Shown here: in pieces, positions 55,296 to 64,000 of the stretch
Layout of the letters: the number at the start of each line of letters is the position of its first letter
How positions within the stretch are numbered: position 1 is the first letter of the stretch
NCBI GenBank assembly: GCA_946611685.1
Contig: CAMODX010000001.1
Location: 33,599 to 97,598 of the forward strand
DNA from: an uncultured Treponema sp.
GTDB taxonomy: Bacteria; Spirochaetota; Spirochaetia; Treponematales; Treponemataceae
Reading direction: 5' to 3'
Length of the DNA stretch: 64,000 nt
Translations under genes and position numbers: made by a program
The notes under the pieces: generated by a model
Seen by the model: only the letters and a program-made list of their open reading frames with translations
Told to the model about the DNA's origin: nothing
Database searches by the model: none

Positions 55296-57248
55296 ATGGC
55301 TACTACTACTTCCATAATAGTCCTCCTCAAATTTTTTGCAGGCAGACAGGACAATGCAATAATTGATTTCAATGAATTTACTGAATACATCAAACGCTAT
55401 TCAGAACATCACCTCGAAGAACAGCCCTCTCTTGTCACATATCTTTCTGATACCGCAAATGTACTTTTAAAGGAACTTGAAAAACTTGCTGACCAAAGAC
55501 AGATTCTTCTTCTACAGCCTACAGTAGAAAAACGCCAGATTGTTGTAATTCCTTTTTTTACTGACAAATATACAAAACGCTACAAAGAAATTTTAGTTCA
55601 GCCTCAGATTCCTTTTCCCCAGGAAGGCGATATTCCCAAAAAAGTACCGAACGAAGTAATCACACGCCGCTCTGCCGCAGAAATAATCAACGAGCTTCTT
55701 GAAAAAGAAACTCTTACAGACAAATACCTTTATGGAATTGTACTTCCTCATGATTCTCCTACAATTCTTCTTCCTTCCCTTGTATCAATTCACACCCTCA
55801 TAGAATGTGCCGTTCTTAAAATCCGCACAATGCTGACAAAGGACGAGCATCACGACTACTTTATGAAAAAACTGACAGTTTCAAATCCTGGAAAGGAAAT
55901 GACTGCCAAAAATATCTTCAATAGATTCTGCCAGAATCCAGATTCGTCAAAGATGTTTAAGGAGCCTGAAGATTCATTCTACTTTATGACTCAGCTTCTC
56001 TTCTTTATCCGCCAGGATTATGAAAAAGTAAAGGATTACACGGCAGAAGATCTTGCAGTTCTACAGTCAGTTTACATTCTCGAAATTGTATCAAACTTCT
56101 ACAAAACAAGGGCCCAGGACAAAAATAAAAAAGAAGCAGCTATCAAAAACCTTGAACAGCAGCTTTCCCGTCCGCCTTACTATTTTACTTACGAAACAAT
56201 TACAAAGTTTACAAGCAACAGCGGAGTTCCGCTTTTAGGGCAGTATTCAGAAGATGAGCTTAAAGCCTTCCTGCATGCAAAAACCACTGAAAGTGCTGCA
56301 AATGATCTTCCGGAAATGCTTGTCTTTAAAACTGAAACAGAAAACCAGCCCTACTTCATTTACAAAAATAAAGTCATGCCGCTGATTTTACGCCTGTGTT
56401 CAGATGCACGCACAACAATCCGTGAGGCAATAAAAAAGCACTGGTTTAATGTTATGAGAAGTTACGACGACCTTCCAGAGATGAAAGAACAGAAGGCCTT
56501 TGAAAAACGTCTTGAAAAAGAAACTGCCCTTCAGTCCCCTATTCTCTACGCTCTTTTAACTTCCTCATTTATGCCGTTAATTGACTACGAAGTAAATGCA
56601 GAAACAGACAGTTCAGGCTTATCAGGCGGAAGAATCACTCTGTTTGAAAACGGCCGCCTCATTCCATATTCTGACATCCTTTTAATGGACAGACAGAAAC
56701 TTTTAACAGATACAAAAATACTGCTTCCTTTCTGGTATGCAATTCCTGTAATTTCATGGATTATGAAACTGATAATGAGGCCTCCAAAAGCAAAGAAGCC
56801 TAAGCAGACAAAAACAGATGCACAGATCTATCACGAAAAAGAGGCAGAAAAAAGCCGTCAGGACAATCAGGAAGCAGCCCTTGCCCAGAATCCTGCTGTT
56901 TCAAAAAAGGTTGCCCTCCGCGAGGCTGCACGCAGCCTGGAAGAAGAACTTGTACCTTCAAGTTCAACCTTAGACCGTGAACTTCATTCCTACGAACACA
57001 TGTGGAACAAACTCATCGGAAAAGTTACCCACAATAACCTGACGGAAGATGTTAACTCACTCATAAAAGACTACCTCCGCAAGGTTCTCCGCAATATGAA
57101 GTCAGAAGGCTTTAATAAAGAGCGCATTGAAAATCTTGCAGAATCTCTGGTAAAAACTCCCCCGATGCAGAAAATCGGTGAGCCTGATGCACTTACAATG
57201 TACATACAGCTTTACATCATAAAACTTGTAAAAAATATCCCTATGTAA
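55296..57248 (+). CDS. large hypothetical protein with one C-proximal TM helix
   Basis: 650-aa ORF with a TM at ILLPFWYAIPVISWIMKLIM followed by a Lys-rich stretch. No family recognised. Confidence 0.55.
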   Translation: MATTTSIIVLLKFFAGRQDNAIIDFNEFTEYIKRYSEHHLEEQPSLVTYLSDTANVLLKELEKLADQRQILLLQPTVEKRQIVVIPFFTDKYTKRYKEILVQPQIPFPQEGDIPKKVPNEVITRRSAAEIINELLEKETLTDKYLYGIVLPHDSPTILLPSLVSIHTLIECAVLKIRTMLTKDEHHDYFMKKLTVSNPGKEMTAKNIFNRFCQNPDSSKMFKEPEDSFYFMTQLLFFIRQDYEKVKDYTAEDLAVLQSVYILEIVSNFYKTRAQDKNKKEAAIKNLEQQLSRPPYYFTYETITKFTSNSGVPLLGQYSEDELKAFLHAKTTESAANDLPEMLVFKTETENQPYFIYKNKVMPLILRLCSDARTTIREAIKKHWFNVMRSYDDLPEMKEQKAFEKRLEKETALQSPILYALLTSSFMPLIDYEVNAETDSSGLSGGRITLFENGRLIPYSDILLMDRQKLLTDTKILLPFWYAIPVISWIMKLIMRPPKAKKPKQTKTDAQIYHEKEAEKSRQDNQEAALAQNPAVSKKVALREAARSLEEELVPSSSTLDRELHSYEHMWNKLIGKVTHNNLTEDVNSLIKDYLRKVLRNMKSEGFNKERIENLAESLVKTPPMQKIGEPDALTMYIQLYIIKLVKNIPM

Positions 57249-57316
57249 AAAAATTTAAGTTTTTTTTGTTTTTTTTACGCAAAAATGTGTCATTTTTGAA
57301 TTTGACTGCAATATAT

Positions 57317-57359
57317 AAGGTGTACGTTCTTAAAAGAGAATGTGCACCTTATTTTTTTT
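57317..57359 (+). terminator. rho-independent terminator
   Basis: AAGGTGTAC ... GTGCACCTT forms a 9-bp stem with one mismatch, followed by A and then T8. Confidence 0.6.
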
Positions 57360-57470
57360 GGTTAGGCCGAAACCAGCAGAAACAAATCAAAATGCTTAAA
57401 GAACGGACGCAGTATGCACTGTCATGCAGCTGTTTTCCGGGCTTTTGCAGTGTTCTTGAAAGGAGTTAAC

Positions 57471-57929
57471 ATGAACGCACTTAATTCAATCATTATTGAA
57501 GGGAATGTTGTACGCAAGCCGACATTACGCGAAACGCCGAACGGCAAAAAGGTAAGTATTCTTCCTATTGCTGTGAATCACTTTTACAGAGATTCCGCAG
57601 GGAAAGATGTATCTGAAGTTGGTTATTATGACGTTGAATCCTGGGGCGATAAGTTTACAGAGAGAATTACGAAATTCAGCTTACAGGGACGCGGGGTCAG
57701 AGTAGTTGGTCGTTTAAAACAGGATCGCTGGAAGGATGAAAACGGGAAAAACCATTCCAAAGTGTATATTGTCGCTGAACATGTAGACTTTAAACCCATG
57801 AAAAAGAAAGACGCTCAGTCTGGTGAAAATGAAGTTTATGAAGAAAACAGTGCCGCAGACTCTACTGATGAAGAAGGAAATCTTGCAGCAGCAAGAGAAG
57901 GCCTTGAAAAAGAGGCGGCAGTTTTCTAA
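57471..57929 (+). CDS. ssb: single-stranded DNA-binding protein
   Basis: The start is moved to the ATG at 57471 (AAAGGAG 6 nt upstream). The OB fold reads MNALNSIIIEGNVVRKPTLRETPNGKKV...VVGRLKQDRWKDENGKNHSKVYIVAEHV. It has an acidic C-terminal tail. Confidence 0.85.
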   Translation: MNALNSIIIEGNVVRKPTLRETPNGKKVSILPIAVNHFYRDSAGKDVSEVGYYDVESWGDKFTERITKFSLQGRGVRVVGRLKQDRWKDENGKNHSKVYIVAEHVDFKPMKKKDAQSGENEVYEENSAADSTDEEGNLAAAREGLEKEAAVF

Positions 57930-57963
57930 CAGCCTTGCAGGAAACTGACGGTTAGACCAAACT

Positions 57964-58020
57964 AAAAAAAATCCTCCTTAAAAAGCAGTCATTTCTGACA
58001 GCTTTTAAGGAGGTCCCTTT
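57964..58020. terminator. bidirectional terminator between ssb and the U32 gene
   Basis: CCTCCTTAAAAAGC ... GCTTTTAAGGAGG forms a long stem with an inner GTCA-tttc-TGAC hairpin. An A8 run precedes it. Confidence 0.65.
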
Positions 58021-58026
58021 TATATA

Positions 58027-60348
58027 CTATTTACGGCCTCTGCCCCTGAGTGCACCTTTATAAGATGAAGAGCGGGAAGATTTTGTTCTGTAATTTTCAG
58101 AGCCCTTTCTTCCACGGGAACGCGGAGCACCCTTTCCGCGGTTATTTTCGCGCTCTAATTTTTCGGCAGCAAGACGCTCAGAAGCGGCACGGTATGCTTC
58201 CATTTTTTCAGGATTATAGAAACCGTCCTTCCAGTTAAAACGGCTTGTTTCAGGAATAATCTGCCCCTTAACAAGGCTGTTGATAACAAGTTTGGTTTCC
58301 TGTCTTGTAACCTTTGTACGGCTGAAATCAATAAGGATACGCCTGATTCCATCCTTCTGGAGAACTGAAGTCTTGTCTGTAATGCTGAACGGGTTTTCAG
58401 GCATTACAATTGTTCCGTCCTTATTAGAAAGAACTTTGAAAGGCATTTCTTCTTTGTCCCAGAAATACATGAAGTCATAGTTTTCAGGAAGAGCAAATCT
58501 CATGCGGAAAAGTGCCGGATAAGCATAAACCGTTACCATAAGGCGATCACGGACATTGCGTTCAAATGTATTTAAGATATTTTCCCGGTTATTTTCTACA
58601 GGTGTAATAAATGCACCGATATCCTGATTTTCAAGCCAGCTGACAGCCCAGCGGTTAAATGTATAAAGATAAGGTCCTGCAATAAGGTTAACATCTTTAC
58701 CCTTAAGCATCTGGATTTCAGCAAGATTATTTACAATAAACGTTTTAAAACCGTCCTCAACAAGCTTGAACAAGGCTTCCTCAAGCGCCGGAGCAGTTGC
58801 CTCAGGCACATAAGGATTAAGCGAAAGAATAACCTGCTTTTTTGAGAACGGAAGAACTGTTTTATGAGAAAGCAGATCCTCCAGGGTTTCAAAATTAACT
58901 TCAAGAACAGCGCGGACAGGATTCATTGACTGAATCTGGAACAGATCAGCAACAGTACTTACCTGAACGTACATTCCTTCAGGGAAATATGAAAGCTCTT
59001 TTTTTCCGACAGGAGTTAAATCAAGAACAGGAAGAATTTCATCTCCCGGCTGCATGCGGTATTTTCCGATATCTGAAGGAAGAACGCGCGGATATCTTTT
59101 TGACATGGATTTTGTCTGAAGAAGATATACTTCATCATCATGACTGAAGCCTCTCGGAATATCTATCCAGCGGTGACCTTCTTCATCAGTAAAAACAGTG
59201 CGGACCTTGTGGCTTACGCGTCCGGTATCATCTTTTCTGTGAAGACGGATGGAATCACCCGGATCAGGATCATAATTTCCTCCTCCAAGTTCAGCCATTA
59301 CAATCTGATAATCTTCCGGAGCAGCATCAGGACCTGCAGCAAGACGTGCTTTTTCTTTAGCCTCATCAGTTGCCGCCTGAATTCTTAATATTCTTCCAAG
59401 ATAAATACCTGTACCGCCGGCCTGGTCAGGATTTAAGATGGCACTGCCCGCCTTCTGAACACCTTCTTCATTACTCTTAAAATTATACCAGTAAGTAGTC
59501 TTTGAACGGGCAAAGTCAGTACTGAGCATTCTTTTTGCGGCAGCTACAGCACCCTTTCTGTCTTCCTTGTAGTGGTCCATAAGATAGCGGTAAGCTGCGG
59601 TTACAGCACCGACATATTCTGCACTTTTCATGCGGCCTTCAATCTTAAATGATTCAACGCCAATGTCCATCAAATCTGGAATCTGATCAATTAACTGCAG
59701 GTCACTGGGAGAAAAATAATATCCCTGTCTTTCCCCTGAAGCTGTTTCTGCTGTGTAAAAACGGCGGCAGGCCTGAGTACACATACCGCGGTTTGCAGAT
59801 TTTCCGCCTAAATAACTTGAAAAAAGACACAAGCCGCTTTCACTGACACAAAGCGCCCCGTGAACAAACATTTCAATTTCACAGGTTGTTTTCTGCTTTA
59901 TCTGACGTATTTCTTCAAGACCAAGTTCTCTGGCTACAACAACTCTCGAAAGCCCTGCCTTCTGTAAAAGATTCACACCAGCGGCACTTTCAACATTAAT
60001 CTGAGTCGAACCGTGAAGTTCAAGACCAGGGAAAAATTCCTGACACATGCGCAGAACACCATAGTCCTGAACAATAAGTCCGTCCGGTCCTACTTTGCTT
60101 AAATAGCTCAAAAAACGGTACAGTCTTTCTGTTTCATCTTCCTGGCTTACAGTATTTACAGTTACATAAACCTTTTTTCCCTGCCTGTGAACGGCATTTA
60201 CGGCTGCTTCAAACTGATTCCACGCAAAATTGGAAGACCGTAAACGGGCATTAAAACTTTTGAGACCAAGATAAACTGCATCTGCACCTTCACCAATTGC
60301 GGCGTCAAGTGCTTCAATATTCCCTGCCGGGGCTAATAATTCTGACAT
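58027..60348 (-). CDS. U32-family peptidase-like protein (RlhA/YdcP-type, long form) with a basic C-terminal tail
   Basis: 773 aa with the N-terminus MSELLAPAGNIEALDAAIGEGADAVYLGLKSFNAR, typical of U32. It has a Cys-rich CVSESGLCLFSS...CTQACRR segment and the tail GKGAPRSRGRKGSENYRTKSSRSSSYKGALRGRGRK. Confidence 0.8.
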   Translation of the reverse strand: MSELLAPAGNIEALDAAIGEGADAVYLGLKSFNARLRSSNFAWNQFEAAVNAVHRQGKKVYVTVNTVSQEDETERLYRFLSYLSKVGPDGLIVQDYGVLRMCQEFFPGLELHGSTQINVESAAGVNLLQKAGLSRVVVARELGLEEIRQIKQKTTCEIEMFVHGALCVSESGLCLFSSYLGGKSANRGMCTQACRRFYTAETASGERQGYYFSPSDLQLIDQIPDLMDIGVESFKIEGRMKSAEYVGAVTAAYRYLMDHYKEDRKGAVAAAKRMLSTDFARSKTTYWYNFKSNEEGVQKAGSAILNPDQAGGTGIYLGRILRIQAATDEAKEKARLAAGPDAAPEDYQIVMAELGGGNYDPDPGDSIRLHRKDDTGRVSHKVRTVFTDEEGHRWIDIPRGFSHDDEVYLLQTKSMSKRYPRVLPSDIGKYRMQPGDEILPVLDLTPVGKKELSYFPEGMYVQVSTVADLFQIQSMNPVRAVLEVNFETLEDLLSHKTVLPFSKKQVILSLNPYVPEATAPALEEALFKLVEDGFKTFIVNNLAEIQMLKGKDVNLIAGPYLYTFNRWAVSWLENQDIGAFITPVENNRENILNTFERNVRDRLMVTVYAYPALFRMRFALPENYDFMYFWDKEEMPFKVLSNKDGTIVMPENPFSITDKTSVLQKDGIRRILIDFSRTKVTRQETKLVINSLVKGQIIPETSRFNWKDGFYNPEKMEAYRAASERLAAEKLERENNRGKGAPRSRGRKGSENYRTKSSRSSSYKGALRGRGRK

Positions 60349-60510
60349 GTGCTCATATTAGCACATATTTTAAATCTTTGTCAGTTTATGCACTTTTTAA
60401 TTTAAATTTTAACCGTAATTTATTACATCTCCGGCCAAACGGGGTTCGCTCACGCTCATCCGCTTATAAAGCGGACTTACGCCCCTAATGTCCGGGGTAA
60501 GTTATTATTA

Positions 60511-61623
60511 TTATTCCTGTTTTACATACACCACTTTTGAGTTTTCTGCACCGGGAGTTGCTCCGCTTACTACAGCCCAGTCTCCTGCATGAACTTTTAT
60601 TAAATCATTTTGAGCAAAGCTGCCATTTTCAGCCCCCGCATTATAAGACTTAATAATTTCCCCCGCATTCAAACGGCTCATAGTTCTTGTTAAAGAAAGC
60701 CCGTCCGATACAGCAGCATTTTCAGGAAGAAAACCTTCCTCCCAGATACCGCTTTCAAATACATCAGATGCAAGGACTTTCTGAAAGGAATAATACCAGT
60801 CTGTCTTTCCGCTTACGCTGTAAAGAACTGCATCAATTATTTTGTCCCGGCAGGAATCCCTTAAAACTATTACATCACTTTCACTTATTCTGCTTTCAGT
60901 ATTATTTACCCATAAATCACGTGCTGAACTTGAATCAGCTGCAGTGCTTAATTCAAGATTATCACCTGTTTCATCAGTGCAGCTCCCCCCATAAGTCTGT
61001 CTGAAATGCACAACTATATATTCACCCTTTTTCACATCCACCGCAGGAAAAACATATTTTTTACTTTCTCCGTCACTTCCGCTTATAATTTCAAGCCCCG
61101 CAGTACAGCCTTCTTCAAGAACATAAAGTTCAGCATACTCACTCTTTTTAATCTGACCTGAACTTGTACTGTGCTTAGTCCTGATTTCCGAGAGTAAAAG
61201 CCTCGCAGGATTTTCATTAAATCCGGTAAAAGGCAGACTGAAAGTAAGAGTGTTTCCTTTTTTATCAGTGATTTCTCCTTCAAAAATATAACTCTCTCCT
61301 GCCACAGTCTGCTCAGGGAGAGTCAAAATAACCGTTTTTCCATCTTCCACATATTCTTTCAAAAGCTGACTCTGATAATAAGTTTCATTCAGGTTCTTAA
61401 CAAGCTCTCCGCCAAGATCAAAAGACTTTGTACAGCTTAAAATAAGAGTTGAATTATCCCCTGCCCTGAACGAAACAATTTTTGGAACCGATACATCCTC
61501 TTCAACAATTGTAATTCCGTCTTCCGTAATTCTGCAGGAAAAAGGAACCGCCGCCATAAAAATAACGCCTGCAGCAATCAGTAAAGTCACAAGAAAAAGT
61601 CTCAAATAATACTTAATACCCAT
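60511..61623 (-). CDS. membrane-anchored/secreted protein with a lamin-tail-domain-like (LTD) module
   Basis: 370 aa with an N-terminal anchor LRLFLVTLLIAAGVIFMAAV. SEYAELYVLEEGCTAGLEI and SDVIVLRDSCRDKIIDAVLY resemble LTD motifs (EfvELyN; gD.v.L.d..g..iD.v.y). Confidence 0.45.
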   Translation of the reverse strand: MGIKYYLRLFLVTLLIAAGVIFMAAVPFSCRITEDGITIVEEDVSVPKIVSFRAGDNSTLILSCTKSFDLGGELVKNLNETYYQSQLLKEYVEDGKTVILTLPEQTVAGESYIFEGEITDKKGNTLTFSLPFTGFNENPARLLLSEIRTKHSTSSGQIKKSEYAELYVLEEGCTAGLEIISGSDGESKKYVFPAVDVKKGEYIVVHFRQTYGGSCTDETGDNLELSTAADSSSARDLWVNNTESRISESDVIVLRDSCRDKIIDAVLYSVSGKTDWYYSFQKVLASDVFESGIWEEGFLPENAAVSDGLSLTRTMSRLNAGEIIKSYNAGAENGSFAQNDLIKVHAGDWAVVSGATPGAENSKVVYVKQE

Positions 61624-61775
61624 TTTACTTCTCCTTAATTTTTAAGTGCATCTTAAAAAAAATGCTTTCACTATATATATTGTGTGGAAAAGTAAAAATC
61701 GAACAATTTTTGCTGAAAATATTTGAAAAAATTCCTGAGAGGCTTTTCAGCGCCCCCTTCTCTCTTGCTGCAGAC

Positions 61776-61805
61776 AAAAAAAATCGCTCCGTCTGGAGCG
61801 ATTTT
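61776..61805 (-). terminator. rho-independent terminator
   Basis: The minus strand reads TCGCTCC-agac-GGAGCGA followed by T8. Confidence 0.75.
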
Positions 61806-61827
61806 CTCATAATTAAAAAGCCTTGTT

Positions 61828-62526
61828 CTAAAGCCTTATTGTTTCTACCATGTAACGGATACAGGTTCCGCTTTCATTTTCAAGCTGTTTTTCAACTACA
61901 AATACAAGGTTTCTTCCTGAGTTGTCACTGAATATTCTGTTAATTATATAATCAGATACACCCTTACGCTTAATGTCAGGATTTCCTACAATGTTTCTGC
62001 TTATTATGCTGCCGTTTTCATCCTGCTTTTCAAGTGAAATAAAGAACGAAGACCTGCAGTTTACACCTGAACCTTCAACATTCTTTACAAGTTTAATGTG
62101 ATAATAAACACTGCGCTCTACAGTCGAGCCTTCAAAATCCTTAAATACAATTTCACCTTTTGAAGACGGGATTTCCCTTGTAAAAAGAAGGTTATCCGGA
62201 TCAGATTTTTTAAGGTTATATTTTTTTAAAGTCCAGTCAGCCTTTTTTAAAAGCTCTTCAAAAACTTCCTTACCGCTCTTTTTTGAAGTTGCTGCAGACG
62301 GATTTGTTCTGAAAACTTCTCCGTCAATCCAGTCATTTTTTTCGATGTCTACACAATATATTTCCGCATATCCCTGAAAAGATTTGTCTGTCTTACCGTA
62401 TTCAGCAAAAACATAGGTTTTTCCATCATCAGAAAGCCCTAAATCAACAAAAGCCGCAGCGTCCCCTGCAAAAGAACAAGAAAGTGATGCAAGTATCAAT
62501 ATAGAAAACAAAAGCTGCTTTTTCAT
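61828..62526 (-). CDS. secreted protein, DUF2259-like
   Basis: The start is moved to the ATG at 62526 (AGGGGGAAAA upstream). The signal peptide is MKKQLLFSILILASLSCSFA. AGDAAAFVDLGLSDDGKTYVFAEYGKTD...YAEIYCVDIEKNDWI resembles the DUF2259 N-terminal signature. Confidence 0.5.
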   Translation of the reverse strand: MKKQLLFSILILASLSCSFAGDAAAFVDLGLSDDGKTYVFAEYGKTDKSFQGYAEIYCVDIEKNDWIDGEVFRTNPSAATSKKSGKEVFEELLKKADWTLKKYNLKKSDPDNLLFTREIPSSKGEIVFKDFEGSTVERSVYYHIKLVKNVEGSGVNCRSSFFISLEKQDENGSIISRNIVGNPDIKRKGVSDYIINRIFSDNSGRNLVFVVEKQLENESGTCIRYMVETIRL

Positions 62527-62619
62527 TTTTCCCCCTGACTTTTTACCAGTCTTATTTAATTTTCGGAATTCTGACCTCAAGTCTTTACTTAATTTTAGTT
62601 TGCTTTTAATATTTTTTAT

Positions 62620-63444
62620 ATGACTTTAAGAACACGCAACAAAATAATGCAGATATCTTTTTTTATTTCGCTTTTCTGCATATTAATTGCTGCAGGATGT
62701 TTTATTGCAGCCCTCGTATACAAAGACATTTTACCACCCCCACAGCAGCGTGTTCCCTCTTTTGTGAATAACACCGTCCTTTTCAGCTACAGCTTTACGG
62801 CCAGCCTTATCTCAATTCTCCTGATTATATTATACACCCCATTTACACTTTATATATTAAAAAATCTGTTTGAAAACACACAATGTACTGAAATCATCTT
62901 CTTTCTGATGTTCTCTGCAGGCTGTCTGTGCGAAAGTGTCCGCATTCTCACCCCATTTTTCGGCTTATGGTCTACATTTTCTGACCTGCTCTTTTTCTGC
63001 GGAAAAATAACTTTTACAGGAAGGCTTTTATGCCCGCTTTCTTTCGTCTTTGCCGCAACCGCAAGTTCAGCCGAACACAGACAGGACGTAGAAAGAAATA
63101 TTTTTATTCTTGCAGGAATATGCATAGTTTTTGCAGTAACGGCACCTTTTAATACGGTAAAAATCACTTCAACAGGCACTGTACCATGGGGCTTTCCGAC
63201 ACTCTTTTTACTTGCCCGTCTTCTTTTTACAGGCATTGCTTTTATCTCATTCTGGATAAATGCCGTAAAACAGAATGCAAAAGAATACAAAATCATCGCC
63301 TTTTCAATGACAGCACTTTTATGCGGATACGGCATTCTCTGTGCTTCAGATAATTATGCTTTCATGCTGACAGGCTTTGCACTGTTTTACACAGGGACCT
63401 TAAAGTACCTTCAGAGCCTTCATTCTTTATACATGTGGAAATAA
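62620..63444 (+). CDS. polytopic membrane protein of unknown function
   Basis: 274-aa ORF with about 7-8 hydrophobic helices. It overlaps the convergent gene by 18 nt at the 3' end. Confidence 0.55.
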   Translation: MTLRTRNKIMQISFFISLFCILIAAGCFIAALVYKDILPPPQQRVPSFVNNTVLFSYSFTASLISILLIILYTPFTLYILKNLFENTQCTEIIFFLMFSAGCLCESVRILTPFFGLWSTFSDLLFFCGKITFTGRLLCPLSFVFAATASSAEHRQDVERNIFILAGICIVFAVTAPFNTVKITSTGTVPWGFPTLFLLARLLFTGIAFISFWINAVKQNAKEYKIIAFSMTALLCGYGILCASDNYAFMLTGFALFYTGTLKYLQSLHSLYMWK

Positions 63445-64000
63445 AAACTGCGACAGCCCGCCAAGTACTACAGGAATACAAAGATTATCAAAATCTTTTA
63501 ACGGGAGTCCTTCTATCAATGTTCCTGTCAGGGCAGCAATGAAACTCAGCGCAGTATTATGAAGAAGAGCAAAACTCGAAATAAAAATTGCCGTAAAACA
63601 GGTCAAACTTCCGGCAGCAGTTTTTCCTCCGGTTAAAGGAACTTCTACCCTTCCAAAAGTTTTTCCGGCAAGACTTGCAAGCCCGTCGCCGAAAGCAAGC
63701 GCAAGAATTCCTGTCGCAGCAAAAATATCGTCCCATAATAAGGAACAGATAAGACAGCCCGATACAAGAGTCACAGGTCCAAGCACAAATCTGTTCTCAT
63801 CACGTTTTCTGGCGGCAGCCTCTGTAACGGCACTTATGACAGGGACATAAACGCCTTTAATCCTTAAAACTTCAAAAAGAGAGTACAGGATACCGGCGGC
63901 AGCAAGAAGAATAATCGTCAGGGTTTTGAAATAATAAAGAAAAAGAGGAACAAAGGCAGTACAGATATGAATTGTCTTACGGAAAAGCTCTTTTTGAAGA
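63427..64000 (-). CDS. CTP-dependent polyprenol/phytol/dolichol kinase-like membrane protein (CdsA superfamily), 5' end beyond the right edge
   Basis: The reading frame stays open from 63427 to the window end. The track's GTG at 63786 is internal. The motif LAFGDGLASLAGKTFGR sits among TM helices. Confidence 0.6.
   Translation of the reverse strand, partial: LQKELFRKTIHICTAFVPLFLYYFKTLTIILLAAAGILYSLFEVLRIKGVYVPVISAVTEAAARKRDENRFVLGPVTLVSGCLICSLLWDDIFAATGILALAFGDGLASLAGKTFGRVEVPLTGGKTAAGSLTCFTAIFISSFALLHNTALSFIAALTGTLIEGLPLKDFDNLCIPVVLGGLSQFLFPHV

Noticed and set aside
57266-57469. 67-aa ORF, and the N-terminal extension of ssb (57414 start)
   Set aside because: The 67-aa ORF runs through the terminator hairpin (57317-59). 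The canonical SSB N-terminus MNALNSIIIEGNV begins at 57471 with AAAGGAG upstream, so the upstream ORFs are not needed.
61625-61810. 61-aa minus-strand ORF between the LTD-like and DUF2259-like genes
   Set aside because: It overlaps the terminator hairpin at 61776-61805, has no RBS and has a low-complexity sequence. It is probably spurious.
1-64000. Search for rRNA, tRNA, tmRNA, RNase P, SRP RNA, transposases, integrases and phage genes
   Set aside because: I saw no tRNA T-arm consensus (GGTTCGAATCC-like). None of the GC-rich spacers matched the conserved cores of these RNAs that I know. No ORF product resembles a transposase, integrase or phage structural protein.

Overview
This 64-kb window has about 47 protein-coding genes, mostly on the minus strand. 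I saw no rRNA, tRNA, CRISPR array, transposase or integrase. Gene content tentatively suggests a host-associated, Treponema-like spirochaete, which I cannot verify here. Housekeeping genes are pgk, gap, valS, hisC, ssb, corA, a heterodimeric ABC exporter pair, an acyl-CoA ligase and an acyl-CoA carboxyltransferase. Three envelope or accessory blocks sit between them. (i) At 1-8.0 kb, a translationally coupled operon runs sensor class III adenylate cyclase, FecR/Fn3 giant protein, coiled-coil beta-barrel outer-membrane protein (OMP), then two lipoproteins. (ii) At 9.6-20.9 kb, between pgk and gap, lie a radical SAM gene, a FadL-like OMP, a DUF4160 two-gene islet, a giant Big_2 lipoprotein with a PL1 pectate lyase, and a 7TM-type adenylate cyclase. 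(iii) At 36.0-50.9 kb lies the most interesting locus, an 11-gene, roughly 15-kb tightly coupled minus-strand operon. It starts with a minimal T2SS-like set: gspD (frameshifted at an A5 run as sequenced), gspE, gspF, gspG, two mini-pseudopilins and a bitopic membrane protein. It continues into a lipoprotein, a small secreted protein, a C11 clostripain-like lipoprotein and a 1963-aa Rhs/YD-repeat protein. That Rhs protein has a Sec signal peptide and a C-terminal papain-fold (C39-like) peptidase module. No PAAR, VgrG, T6SS or immunity genes are present. I propose this as a candidate undescribed T2SS-like Rhs/protease export system. Three non-coding signals stand out. A 113-bp structured tandem repeat (2.65 copies) lies between gspF and gspG, and its 30-nt 3' leader recurs identically upstream of an FGE-like gene that lacks one catalytic Cys. 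A 23-bp palindrome, TGACATTT-N7-AAATGTCA, occurs three times, upstream of the FadL-like OMP and the carboxyltransferase. Several GC-rich hairpin-dense intergenic islands are also present. All domain calls come from motif recognition by eye. No searches were run.
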